64,000 nt of DNA from a virus: positions 3,060 through 67,059 of the IMG/VR virus record IMGVR_UViG_3300009149_000027; one strand, given 5' to 3'. This document shows positions 55,470-64,000 of the stretch, piece after piece. Numbering within the stretch: position 1 is the stretch's first letter; every line of letters starts with the position of its first letter. Under the pieces are notes generated by a model. It searched no databases. It was not told the origin of the DNA and was given only the letters and a program-made list of their open reading frames with translations. The position numbers and the translations under genes were made by a program.

Positions 55470-56150
55470 TTAGCTGTCCACCGAAAAAGAATCAGAAGTC
55501 TCAGGCACGGGTAGCCAGGAGAGTTGGGCGACTTTGATGTAGTTGACTAATGGCGCACCGTTATAAATTGGAGCGGCTGGGTATAATGATGTAGTTGTTC
55601 CGCTACTACCTACCCACAACAGCGTCCAACGTCCGTCCAAGTACACAAGCACCGCGGAGCCAGTTGAGCGTAAAATCACGGTATACTTGTAGGTCGTCGC
55701 CGCACTGATTGATTGCAGATTGATTGCGGGAAACAAGAAAATAACATCCTCGGTGATCTGTAAACCAACGCCATTGCTGGGCGTCCCGCTTTGCGCCGCC
55801 GACCACCCCAAGCCAGTATACTTGGAGGGTCCAGGCGGTGATACGTGTTCAGCCACAAAAGCCAGCCCCGCCGTCCTCGTCTGCGCCCCATACCACAGCC
55901 CCGGATCACCCCACGCCGGACTCGCCTTCCCGCCCGCAAACACAGCCGCCCCGCCGCTGATACTCAGCTTGTTCTCGGTATCCGTGACGGTCCTCGTTCC
56001 AGGACCAGGCTCGGCGGAACTTCCGTTGACGCTGCCCGCCGCTAGGTCCGTGGTGAAGTTGTCACGCAGGAGCCACTGCTGTATGAACCTGTACCCCCGC
56101 CCGCCCAGCACTCCGGCAATGGTGGAGGGTGTGCCTCTTAGAATCGGCAT
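55470..56150 (-). CDS. virion protein (beta-rich)
   Basis: LLRDNFTTD.AAG; GPG.RTV.D; WGDPGL. Confidence 0.7.
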   Translation of the reverse strand: MPILRGTPSTIAGVLGGRGYRFIQQWLLRDNFTTDLAAGSVNGSSAEPGPGTRTVTDTENKLSISGGAAVFAGGKASPAWGDPGLWYGAQTRTAGLAFVAEHVSPPGPSKYTGLGWSAAQSGTPSNGVGLQITEDVIFLFPAINLQSISAATTYKYTVILRSTGSAVLVYLDGRWTLLWVGSSGTTTSLYPAAPIYNGAPLVNYIKVAQLSWLPVPETSDSFSVDS

Positions 56151-56152
56151 GG

Positions 56153-56758
56153 TCAGTCCCTCAGCAATCCGAACCGCATCTGAAAGTCACTCGTCGCCGC
56201 AAAGGTCGGGGTGGATGTGACCACAAAGGCCGCATACAGGCTTGTGCCTGTGGTGGCTTTCAGCGTGCGCCCCAGGCCGGACAGGTTGGCGTAGCACTTC
56301 GAGTTGATGGTCACGTAGTCAGCCGCCGAGACGGGGATGCTTGCCAACACGTTGAAGTCGTTGGTACTCAGCACCACCGCTGCATTGTCGGTCAGGGTTG
56401 CCGCCGTGGGGTCCGCATCAAAGAGCAGGATGGTTCCCGCAGGCTTCTGGTTGGCCCGCCCGGAGATCATGATTGACTGTAGCACAGCCGTTCCCCCGCT
56501 TACCCGCAGGGCAGAGGTCAGCGTAATCTTGCCGCCAATGCTATCCCCCGCAGTGTAGGCGGATGCGGCAGAGACGATGATGGTCGGGGTGATGACGGCA
56601 GAGTTGCCACCGATTTCGCCAACATGGGCTTCACCTGCGCCAACTTGCACAAGGTTCGTTGTTCCGGGTGTAGTCTGGTCGATGGCAACATTGCCAATCA
56701 CGTCCGTACCAGCGCCTAGCGTCACATCGCCGCCCGTGATATATCTATTCAATGGCAT
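56153..56758 (-). CDS. hypothetical structural protein
   Basis: AYTAGD.IGG; LFDADP; GGAGG RBS. Confidence 0.7.
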   Translation of the reverse strand: MPLNRYITGGDVTLGAGTDVIGNVAIDQTTPGTTNLVQVGAGEAHVGEIGGNSAVITPTIIVSAASAYTAGDSIGGKITLTSALRVSGGTAVLQSIMISGRANQKPAGTILLFDADPTAATLTDNAAVVLSTNDFNVLASIPVSAADYVTINSKCYANLSGLGRTLKATTGTSLYAAFVVTSTPTFAATSDFQMRFGLLRD

Positions 56759-56952
56759 GTTCTATTTTCCTCCATAGGATTTGTGAAATATCACGGGCGG
56801 CTAACTATGCCAGCGTAGCCCAGTGCAAAGTTACGGTGCCGCTGATGGTAGCAGACTGATCCGCTCCGTTTGCCCATGCACCAGCCAAGTTGACATGGAC
56901 GGTTTTCGTGCCGCCTGTCTTGGTCAAAGCCACCACTCTGGGCGGCAATTGG

Positions 56953-57144
56953 TTAACGCTCATGGTCGTCTGTCCCTTCGGCGGATTCGCCGCCCTCGCT
57001 CATTGTAGCCGTTTCCTCTAGCAGAGTGAGCCAATATTCGCAGTCCTGGAGAGCGCCGTTGATGGCGTGAACATTGGCGACTAACTCAACCTTGTCCGAT
57101 CTCAGTTGGGCCAATCGCGCCTCTATCTGCTCGCGATTAATCAC
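56953..57144 (-). CDS. small coiled-coil protein
   Basis: GALQDCEYWL motif. Confidence 0.6.
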   Translation of the reverse strand: MINREQIEARLAQLRSDKVELVANVHAINGALQDCEYWLTLLEETATMSEGGESAEGTDDHER

Positions 57145-57944
57145 TACGCTGCCGCCATCACAGGAATGTAGTACGTCGTGCCATTCAGCTCCACCTTGAA
57201 GTTCAAAGCCTGTTGGTTGCTTACAACCGACTTTCCGGCAGCCTGAGCCGCGATGAACGTGCTCGAGGTGTCCACGGCTTCGAGCAGAAACGTCGAGCCG
57301 GTGCCTTCCCAGCGAATCAAAGACCGAATCTTTGACCCGCCAGAAGAAATCAGAAGACCGAACACTTCTTCTGCCGACACGTCGTTGTTATTGATCTGGA
57401 TGTCTGACCACAATGGGGCGACACGCATGCCACTGTCGAATGTCGCGCCGCTTGCGCCACCAACCTTGGCCCAAACAGGATGCAGACCAGCGGTCGCATC
57501 CCCGCCCCGCGTGGTCACGGTTGCTCCAGATTCAACCAGAATATGAAGCTGCGCGGCTGAGGCCGCATTTACCGATGCTCCGCTTTTCAGTTGGGCGGTG
57601 TTGCCCAGTCCGAGCAGCTTAGCAGTCCCCGCCGTCTCCGGCTGGAAGTACGCACTGTACCTGAAGCCGCTGGCTGTCGCACCACTGAAAGCCATCCAAC
57701 CAGTCACAGCCTCGAAATCAAGGGGTGACCCCCTTATAACCCTGGCCCCCGCTGCGAGGGTCAAGCTGGAAAAGTCGAGCACGGCAGTTGTATCGTCCGA
57801 TGCTGCGGCAATAACGGCCTTGGATGCCGTCACCGTACCAGCCGTTACGCCATCAAGTGCTTCAAGTTCCGCTTCATTGATTTCGGCCCCGCCAATACTC
57901 AGCGCACCGACAATCGCCTTGCCCTTCGTAATCAGATTAGGCAT
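57144..57944 (-). CDS. virion fibre-like protein
   Basis: AEL..LDGVTAGTVTASKA; NGTTYYIP end. Confidence 0.7.
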   Translation of the reverse strand: MPNLITKGKAIVGALSIGGAEINEAELEALDGVTAGTVTASKAVIAAASDDTTAVLDFSSLTLAAGARVIRGSPLDFEAVTGWMAFSGATASGFRYSAYFQPETAGTAKLLGLGNTAQLKSGASVNAASAAQLHILVESGATVTTRGGDATAGLHPVWAKVGGASGATFDSGMRVAPLWSDIQINNNDVSAEEVFGLLISSGGSKIRSLIRWEGTGSTFLLEAVDTSSTFIAAQAAGKSVVSNQQALNFKVELNGTTYYIPVMAAA

Positions 57945-58266
57945 GTACCGCCTCCTCGTTCAGTTCTTCGATACGCTTCTGGAAAAGTTGCATGGCGATT
58001 TCACGGGTTTCCTGTTGCTTGGCGACTTCCAGCAAAGCAGTGTCCTGCACATCGGCAATCACAAAGCGCAACTGGCGAATGGGCGTTGCCAACAGCGTTG
58101 CTACGCTGGGCTGATACCCGTTGGCCTGGCTTGTGATTGGTTGGATGAAACGCTGCTCTACCAACTGTAGCGCCCGGCGTGAGTCCTTGAACCCATCGCC
58201 GGACAGTACAGCGCCCACAGAAAGCCCCTGAAATGGCCGCACAACTTGATAGCTGATGTCATTCAT
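57937..58266 (-). CDS. hypothetical protein after major capsid
   Basis: YQVVRPF; position. Confidence 0.65.
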   Translation of the reverse strand: MNDISYQVVRPFQGLSVGAVLSGDGFKDSRRALQLVEQRFIQPITSQANGYQPSVATLLATPIRQLRFVIADVQDTALLEVAKQQETREIAMQLFQKRIEELNEEAVHA

Positions 58267-58350
58267 TTCAAGTTACCTTTGCGTTATTACTTCGCTTGTG
58301 TTAATATGTGTCATCATCAATTGTAGTTCTTTCAAGAAAGGAAAAGCGTT

Positions 58351-59052
58351 ATGGAATTAACCAAGGAATGCTCTCAGTGTGGGAAGACATTCCCAAAGCC
58401 ATCCTCCTGTAGTCTAGCAAGCTGGACTACCCGCAAATTCTGCTCCATGCTGTGTAAGGCGGAAAGTCAGAAAGGAAGACCGGCATGGAACAAGGGAGTA
58501 AAATCTTCGCTCCCTAGTCAAGCTACCTTCATCCCTTGCCGCATTTGCGGAAAACCTACCAAAACTTCTGGAACATCTAAACATCAGTTGTATGGACGGA
58601 TTCCATGCGACAAGCCGGAATGTATTGAAGCCTCTCGCAAGTTGAAAAATGACAGAATCAGCGCCACGGCTCTTAGAAAGTACGCCAGCGGTGAGAGAGT
58701 AGCTTCTACTGATGGATGGAAAAACGTTAGCAGAGTCAGCCAGGAAGAAGAACTTATTCTCCCCTGGATGACTGCTAATGGTTTCGTTCCGCAGTACAAG
58801 TTCCTGACTGGCGTTCATACTAACAAGCTCCCACGTATGTTCTCTCTTGACTTCGCATTGCCAGAGCGCAAGCTATACATCGAGATTGACGGTACTGTTC
58901 ACAGACTTCGGAAAGAGCGAGATGCTAGACGTGACGCCATGATGACAGAACGTGGCTGGACTGGGTTGCGCATACCATCCAAAAACGTTATCGACAACAT
59001 GGCTCATGTCAAGAAATCCATTCTTGCTTTTATCAGTGAACATTCTGGCTAG
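58351..59052 (+). CDS. DUF559/Vsr-like homing endonuclease with Zn-finger N-terminus
   Basis: CSQCGK, KFCS..C, PAWNKG; DFAL...LYIEIDG..H..RD..RD....GW..LRI. Confidence 0.85.
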   Translation: MELTKECSQCGKTFPKPSSCSLASWTTRKFCSMLCKAESQKGRPAWNKGVKSSLPSQATFIPCRICGKPTKTSGTSKHQLYGRIPCDKPECIEASRKLKNDRISATALRKYASGERVASTDGWKNVSRVSQEEELILPWMTANGFVPQYKFLTGVHTNKLPRMFSLDFALPERKLYIEIDGTVHRLRKERDARRDAMMTERGWTGLRIPSKNVIDNMAHVKKSILAFISEHSG

Positions 59053-59080
59053 ATGATGACACTACTTAACTGAAGCGGTA

Positions 59081-60046
59081 TCATGAAACTGCGTCTATAA
59101 ACATGTACCCTAAATCTGTGCCAACCAGCTTGTTGTCAAAGGCGATTTCACCCTCAATCCGGTCGGCCTTCAGTTCTGGGATGTAGAAGCTGTTCATGCC
59201 GATGTCCGCCCCGGCGATACCGCCCGCCACACCACGCCACGAGAAGACGTAGCCAGCGGAGGGGGTAAGCAGACCAGGATTGGGGGCCACATAGCACAGC
59301 AGGGCGTGCTTGCCGTGGGTGAGGGCCATAGCCGCTGTTTCGCCCTCGATGTTGGTGGCCTTGACCGCCTTCGCCACGTACACGTTATCCAGGTCGAACA
59401 GGTTGGCAAGCAACTGTTCGGTGGGGTTAGTGGCCGTACCGCCGTTGGTGTACTTGATCAGGTCGATGATCTCCGGGTGGCGCTTCAGATAGCGATAGGT
59501 CTCATAACCAAGCACCAGGGTGTTGGGCATGAATCCAGTGTTGGTAAGAATGGTAGACTTGCCAGTCTCGATGTCAGAGATGGGGTCAGACGTGGTGTAG
59601 GAATCCCACAGGGCGGACGGAGTGGTGCTGGTTCCCCACACGCCGGTCACAAAGTAGTCGGCCATCCACTGCACCTCACGGCGCAGCAGCAGACGCTGGG
59701 TGACGAACTCAACAGCGTCTCGTTCCAGGTTGATACCGGCATCCGCATTGTTACGGGCCTGATAGCCAATGTCCTTGTGCATGGCGAACAGGTCGCAAGA
59801 ATAGGAGGCGGTACTCAGCCCGTAGCCGCTGCCCGCCGATTCCTGGCCGTCAGCCCGTTCTTGGGCCTCGTCACGGAACCAATCGTTCTTCGAGTACGTG
59901 AAAAATTTGTCAGTTTGCTTCATCACCGGCACGATGGGGAACACCTTGCTTGCAATGAAGTGAGTCTGATTCTGAATGTAGGCCGTGCTGATATTGGTCA
60001 GCGGAACATCAACTGCGTGTACGGCCTGAGAAGTAGGTTGTGCCAT
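59081..60046 (-). CDS. major capsid protein
   Basis: D.PLTNIS.AY.Q; FP.VPV.K; PN.LVLG; PSAGY.F.W; GY.F.DAV. Confidence 0.9.
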   Translation of the reverse strand: MAQPTSQAVHAVDVPLTNISTAYIQNQTHFIASKVFPIVPVMKQTDKFFTYSKNDWFRDEAQERADGQESAGSGYGLSTASYSCDLFAMHKDIGYQARNNADAGINLERDAVEFVTQRLLLRREVQWMADYFVTGVWGTSTTPSALWDSYTTSDPISDIETGKSTILTNTGFMPNTLVLGYETYRYLKRHPEIIDLIKYTNGGTATNPTEQLLANLFDLDNVYVAKAVKATNIEGETAAMALTHGKHALLCYVAPNPGLLTPSAGYVFSWRGVAGGIAGADIGMNSFYIPELKADRIEGEIAFDNKLVGTDLGYMFIDAVS

Positions 60047-60067
60047 TATAATCTCCTCTGCACCTGG

Positions 60068-60469
60068 TTAGGCGCTGGTTTGGGCCATGACAGGCACGGC
60101 ACAGTTGATGAGGGCGGTGACCATGCCCCCGGCAGCGGCAGTGCTGGTAATCGCCTGCCCCACGATATACTCCGTTGTGTCCGTGCCCCAGATCTTGCGG
60201 TCGGCCTGCCCATCGGAGGACGTGCCAAGATGCCAACCGGCGGTGATAGCCTCGTTGCTGGAAATCTTGGTGACACCGCTCCAGGCAACCGTGGCGGCTG
60301 CACCAGAGGCAGGGGCGTTCTGTAGCACGCCACAGGGCACATCAGTGGCAGCAGAACACACGTCCACAGTGCCGACACCGGAGAACTTGACGAAGTAGTA
60401 CTGCTTGGCCGTCAAAGCGGCACTGGCAGTCAGACCAGGAATGGTTTGCATCGGTCCTTCGTATGCCAT
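60068..60469 (-). CDS. capsid decoration/cement protein (DUF2190-like)
   Basis: QYYFVK, GVLQNAP..G..A.V. Confidence 0.8.
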   Translation of the reverse strand: MAYEGPMQTIPGLTASAALTAKQYYFVKFSGVGTVDVCSAATDVPCGVLQNAPASGAAATVAWSGVTKISSNEAITAGWHLGTSSDGQADRKIWGTDTTEYIVGQAITSTAAAGGMVTALINCAVPVMAQTSA

Positions 60470-60472
60470 GAG

Positions 60473-61576
60473 TTATTCTCCCTTGCGGTAGGCGGTATAG
60501 AGGTCGGAATTGGCGTCCAGCACCTCGGCAAAGGCCTGGGCGTGGGACAGGGAAGGCTTCTCCACCTGCCGTGCGTCGGCCAGACGGTTCAGTTTCGCCA
60601 AGGCGTTCTCGTTCTTCCCGGTGGCATCACTGCCAATCTCACTGAACAGGGAACTTTCGGCCATCATCGCAGCCTGGGCCTTCTGGCTGGCGACATAAGC
60701 GGCGTACTCATCGCTGCCTTCTCCCAAAGCCCGCATGATGCGAACATGGGTCTCAACTTCTCCGAACCAACGGGGTCCATCGTGCCCATCGGCCCATTCT
60801 GTGAATCGCTTGGTCTGAGCCGATTCCTCCATCTTGGCAAGGCGGGAATTGGTAGTGTCCAGGGCCTCTTGATACTTCTGGGCCTTCTGTTCCACTTCCG
60901 TCCGCTGCTCTTCGCTGGTCGCCAGGGCTTCTTGCAGTTCAGTCAGCCGAAGCTGCACCTCCGCAAACGCCTTGGCATCCACAGCATCCACTACTACCTC
61001 TGCGGTTTTTTCTGCCATGTTGTTGTCCTCCCGGACTGATTGAACTGCTGCCGTCTCGATACCTTCAACTTCTATATCATCACCCCCCAGGGTAAGCGTT
61101 CCATCTTCGCTTGCCACCAAGGGGCGTAACGCCAAACTCTTGAAGAAGGGGCGGGTGGTCAAGGCCCCTCCAATTGCCACGTCCTGATGGGAAACGCCAG
61201 TGGCCGGGTCCTCCCAGGAGTCGTAGAACTCAGGTGAGACGTACTTGAACCGCTCCTTCGTCACCATGCTTGCGCCCCGGTCAGTCCACTCCACCTGGGC
61301 ATCTACGCTGCTATCCTCGTTCTGGCGCAGGGACGCAATCCAGCCCAAGGCCCCGGACAACTTGGTTTGATGTTCGGCGTCCAGGGGCACACGGTCCTGA
61401 TAGATGCGGTTGTTGAAGTTGGCGACAAAGCGGGCATTGCGTTCCGGGGTAAAGGAGAGGTCTCCGTACTTGGGATGCTTGAACGCACCAGGGGGCGGCA
61501 GATAGGGAATCCACTCAGCTGGTGAGGATATATTGGCCTCTAGGAAGAGTCGTAGTTCTGGCATATTTTTCTCCAA
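60473..61576 (-). CDS. prohead protease/scaffold (Mu gpI-like)
   Basis: D.EH, A.GWI, VEWT.RG, Y.SPEF, ALT.RPF; coiled-coil C-terminal half with in-frame RBS+ATG at 61018. Confidence 0.9.
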   Translation of the reverse strand: MEKNMPELRLFLEANISSPAEWIPYLPPPGAFKHPKYGDLSFTPERNARFVANFNNRIYQDRVPLDAEHQTKLSGALGWIASLRQNEDSSVDAQVEWTDRGASMVTKERFKYVSPEFYDSWEDPATGVSHQDVAIGGALTTRPFFKSLALRPLVASEDGTLTLGGDDIEVEGIETAAVQSVREDNNMAEKTAEVVVDAVDAKAFAEVQLRLTELQEALATSEEQRTEVEQKAQKYQEALDTTNSRLAKMEESAQTKRFTEWADGHDGPRWFGEVETHVRIMRALGEGSDEYAAYVASQKAQAAMMAESSLFSEIGSDATGKNENALAKLNRLADARQVEKPSLSHAQAFAEVLDANSDLYTAYRKGE

Positions 61577-61665
61577 ACAAAAGTCCCGACAAGCGGGGAA
61601 CGGGTTGGTTCCTCTTCGCTTGCCGGGACGTGTCCTACAGTGCGGGCACTTATACAGTTATTCAC

Positions 61666-61694
61666 ATAATAACACAGAAAAAAACAGATTGCAA
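61666..61694 (-). promoter_or_regulatory. promoter for head genes
   Basis: TTGCAA-17-TATTAT with extended TG; long hairpin 61583-61629 in the leader. Confidence 0.55.
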
Positions 61695-61705
61695 CACTGA
61701 GTTTG

Positions 61706-61927
61706 CTAGTCCATGCGAATGATGCGTTTTTGCACGCCCATTGTCTCCCAAAGTGCGTACAATAGTGCGATCAGGTGGCGTTCCGTCCTCGTCAAGGACT
61801 CACGAGATAGCATGGAAGGCGTCTCCGATACAGGGGGAATCTGCGAATCGGAGACAGTGACTGTTTCCGATTCGGCCGCTTTTGACTCCGTGACCGTCAC
61901 GCTATCATCCCCAGTGTTGTTCGCCAT
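61706..61927 (-). CDS. hypothetical protein
   Basis: GAGG RBS. Confidence 0.55.
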   Translation of the reverse strand: MANNTGDDSVTVTESKAAESETVTVSDSQIPPVSETPSMLSRESLTRTERHLIALLYALWETMGVQKRIIRMD

Positions 61928-62094
61928 ATCGCCTCATTTCGTCCGCTTCCCTTGTGTCTATTGCCTGCCTCAGCCTGGTTGCTTGTGCGCGCAATGTTTC
62001 AAGCAGTGATGCCAAGTCGCTGTCTGGGTAGGGCCGCTTCTCCACCTCGTAGAGAAAATCGTAGATGCGTGCATCCAGTAGCGAGTGCCGGTCA

Positions 62095-62360
62095 CTATAA
62101 GCCATCGCGCCACCCGGCAATAACGCCAAGCATGTTTCGGCAGATGGTGTTTATGGGTTGCGCAGGTTGCATTAGCGAATACAACTCAATGAATTCATCA
62201 TACAGGCTAATGAATCTACCAGACTTACCAGTTGTCGGATCATTGACATGCCACCTAATCCTAGCCGGACTCTCTAGCATCTCATAGGATGCTTGAACAC
62301 CTGGGAACATATTAACTAACATATCGACAACTTCTTTCTCTGGCGACGTTGTGATTGTCA
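62095..62360 (-). CDS. hypothetical protein
   Basis: Packed run after portal; start approximate. Confidence 0.5.
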
Positions 62361-62363
62361 TAC

Positions 62364-62564
62364 TCATTCCCCTTCGGTAATCCAACCAATATAGCAGTAT
62401 GTATAAAAGAAGGCCATTGTCTTCTCCATCTCCGTGATGGAAATGGCGTAACGCCTATCCTTCTTGCTTCGGTCATCCGGTTTCCCCGCCTTCATCTTTT
62501 CAATCAGGCTGTTCATATCAGACAGGATTTCAGCATCGGTTGCATTTTCTGGTTCGTCAATCAT
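62364..62564 (-). CDS. small helical protein, possibly Acb2/Tad1-like
   Basis: AGGAG RBS; RRYAISITEMEKTMAFF. Confidence 0.55.
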   Translation of the reverse strand: MIDEPENATDAEILSDMNSLIEKMKAGKPDDRSKKDRRYAISITEMEKTMAFFYTYCYIGWITEGE

Positions 62565-62582
62565 GTTATTCTCCTAGATAGA

Positions 62583-63989
62583 TTACTCTCCACTCGTCGT
62601 CTGCTTCGCCCGCCCCGCCACCCCATCCTGCACGTTCTTGGAGGCGTCCGGCGGGGTGACGGGGGCATCGGTAGTCGGTTCCTCACTGATAGGCTGCAAC
62701 TTGGGCGTTGTCATGCCGGGAGTTTTGTCCACGTTCACCAGGGGCAGGTTCGCCTGCTGGCGCAAGTAGCTCTCTAGTCCGCTGTCCAGGTTCAACTCAA
62801 ATCCGGCGGAGGACAGTCTCACGATGTACTGGCCCAGCTCCTCAAGGTCAATCCGGCCTACGTCCCCATGCACCAGGGTGGGGGCCTTGGTGATGTCCAT
62901 GTTGTTCACCTTCAGCAACTGGGGGATGGCGTAACGGTTGATGACATCTGCAATCGAATCCAGCCAACTGCGCAGGGCGGTCATAAACATATCGGACTTG
63001 GTGCGAGACAATGCGAATGAACCCTGCTTCTCGTGTCCAATCAGGATGAAGTCAGCCAGCACGCTCATGGCAATCAGGGCGCTGTAGCGGTTGATGATAG
63101 CGCCGGTGTCGAATTGGCGAGTGCCGCCACTGGACATGAGGGTAAGGTCGTAGATTTTGTTACCGTTCACATCGTAGGCCAGGGGATAGACGACGCCCTC
63201 CTGGTCGTCACGCCGGATATTCACCACGATGTCCTTGATGGCCGCCAACACTGCTTGCTCGTCCGCCCCGGCATCAGAGGCCAGAATGGTAGGCGGCACC
63301 CAAGCTACGGGCAACCCGGCCAGGTCTCGTTCCACGCCAATGCCCTCGATGTTCTCGATATTTCGCTTGAACCAAAACGGTCTATACGAACTGCGAAGTA
63401 TGGAACGTCCTTCTGGGTTATTCTTGCGGGTGGAGGTGCGAAATAGGAGGGCTTTCTTGATGGGGATGGTGACTTTTGTGTAGGGCGCAATGTTTATTTG
63501 CTGCACCATGCCTTGAATCCCGCCCCTGTCGTCAAATTGCCACTCGGAGAGGGTGTCCTGGCTGCGGATACTCCACTTGCGCCAGCCAATCTTGCCATCG
63601 TTGTGCTTGGAATTGTACTTGGGGTCGTCGCTATCTCCACCCCGTATTTTGAAGACGGTCTCCATCAGTGACCAGCCATAGGGCAGCATGGTAAGAATCT
63701 CACTGAGGGTGTCGGACCAGGTGAAACTCATGTCATTGAGACACTCTTCCACGAATTCAGCGGAGGATTTCGCATCAGAATTGTCCATTTTAGCCGGTTT
63801 GACCTGCCAAGACACCTGACGCATGAGCATTTCAATGGCAAAGAGGACAGCCCCCACAATCGGGTCGTCTGTCATCTCTCGCACCACCTTGTACCAACGG
63901 TCGCCTTGAAGTTCCCGCAGATACTCTTCTGTGACAACCCCGCCCTGGCGTTGCAGGCCAGTGACGCCTAATTCTCTCATGTCAGGCAT
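62583..63989 (-). CDS. portal protein (Mu gp29/DUF935-like)
   Basis: YGWS..E.V.K, NPEGRSILR..Y, ER..AG.P, GS.AL. Confidence 0.9.
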   Translation of the reverse strand: MPDMRELGVTGLQRQGGVVTEEYLRELQGDRWYKVVREMTDDPIVGAVLFAIEMLMRQVSWQVKPAKMDNSDAKSSAEFVEECLNDMSFTWSDTLSEILTMLPYGWSLMETVFKIRGGDSDDPKYNSKHNDGKIGWRKWSIRSQDTLSEWQFDDRGGIQGMVQQINIAPYTKVTIPIKKALLFRTSTRKNNPEGRSILRSSYRPFWFKRNIENIEGIGVERDLAGLPVAWVPPTILASDAGADEQAVLAAIKDIVVNIRRDDQEGVVYPLAYDVNGNKIYDLTLMSSGGTRQFDTGAIINRYSALIAMSVLADFILIGHEKQGSFALSRTKSDMFMTALRSWLDSIADVINRYAIPQLLKVNNMDITKAPTLVHGDVGRIDLEELGQYIVRLSSAGFELNLDSGLESYLRQQANLPLVNVDKTPGMTTPKLQPISEEPTTDAPVTPPDASKNVQDGVAGRAKQTTSGE

Positions 63990-64000
63990 AAACCATCTCC

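Noticed and set aside
54700-55470. Group I intron around the NUMOD4-HNH gene
   Set aside because: The insert is almost entirely ORF with no room for an intron core, and the downstream half has its own RBS and ATG

Overview
This window is 64 kb of a tailed (siphovirus-like) bacteriophage genome. The host is probably in Chloroflexota, inferred only from C-terminal/N-proximal 'LPxV/FPIM' motifs in two exported proteins. Layout: (1) 1-13 kb, many small accessory ORFs, a solo IS200/IS605 tnpB element and a terminase-small-subunit-like gene; (2) 13-26 kb (minus strand), nucleases, MazG, DnaB-like helicase, replisome organiser, primase-like protein and a Cro-like HTH; (3) 26-35 kb (plus strand), ERF recombinase, a structured non-coding island and a membrane-protein operon; (4) 35-64 kb (minus strand), putative lysis, tail, head and portal genes, with free-standing endonuclease genes on the opposite strand. 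No integrase, large terminase, canonical endolysin, tRNA, rRNA or CRISPR array was recognised. The most unusual signals are non-genic: a strand-polarised field of TATCCGA motifs around terS (14 exact copies in 6.4 kb), a dense TTGCA field over a gene for a membrane-anchored HTH protein, a hairpin-rich putative ncRNA island, HNH genes with long crossing-stem leaders, and a lipoprotein clan GH-A glycosidase where the endolysin would be expected. All motif counts are by eye and all protein calls rest on motif recognition; no database search was run.
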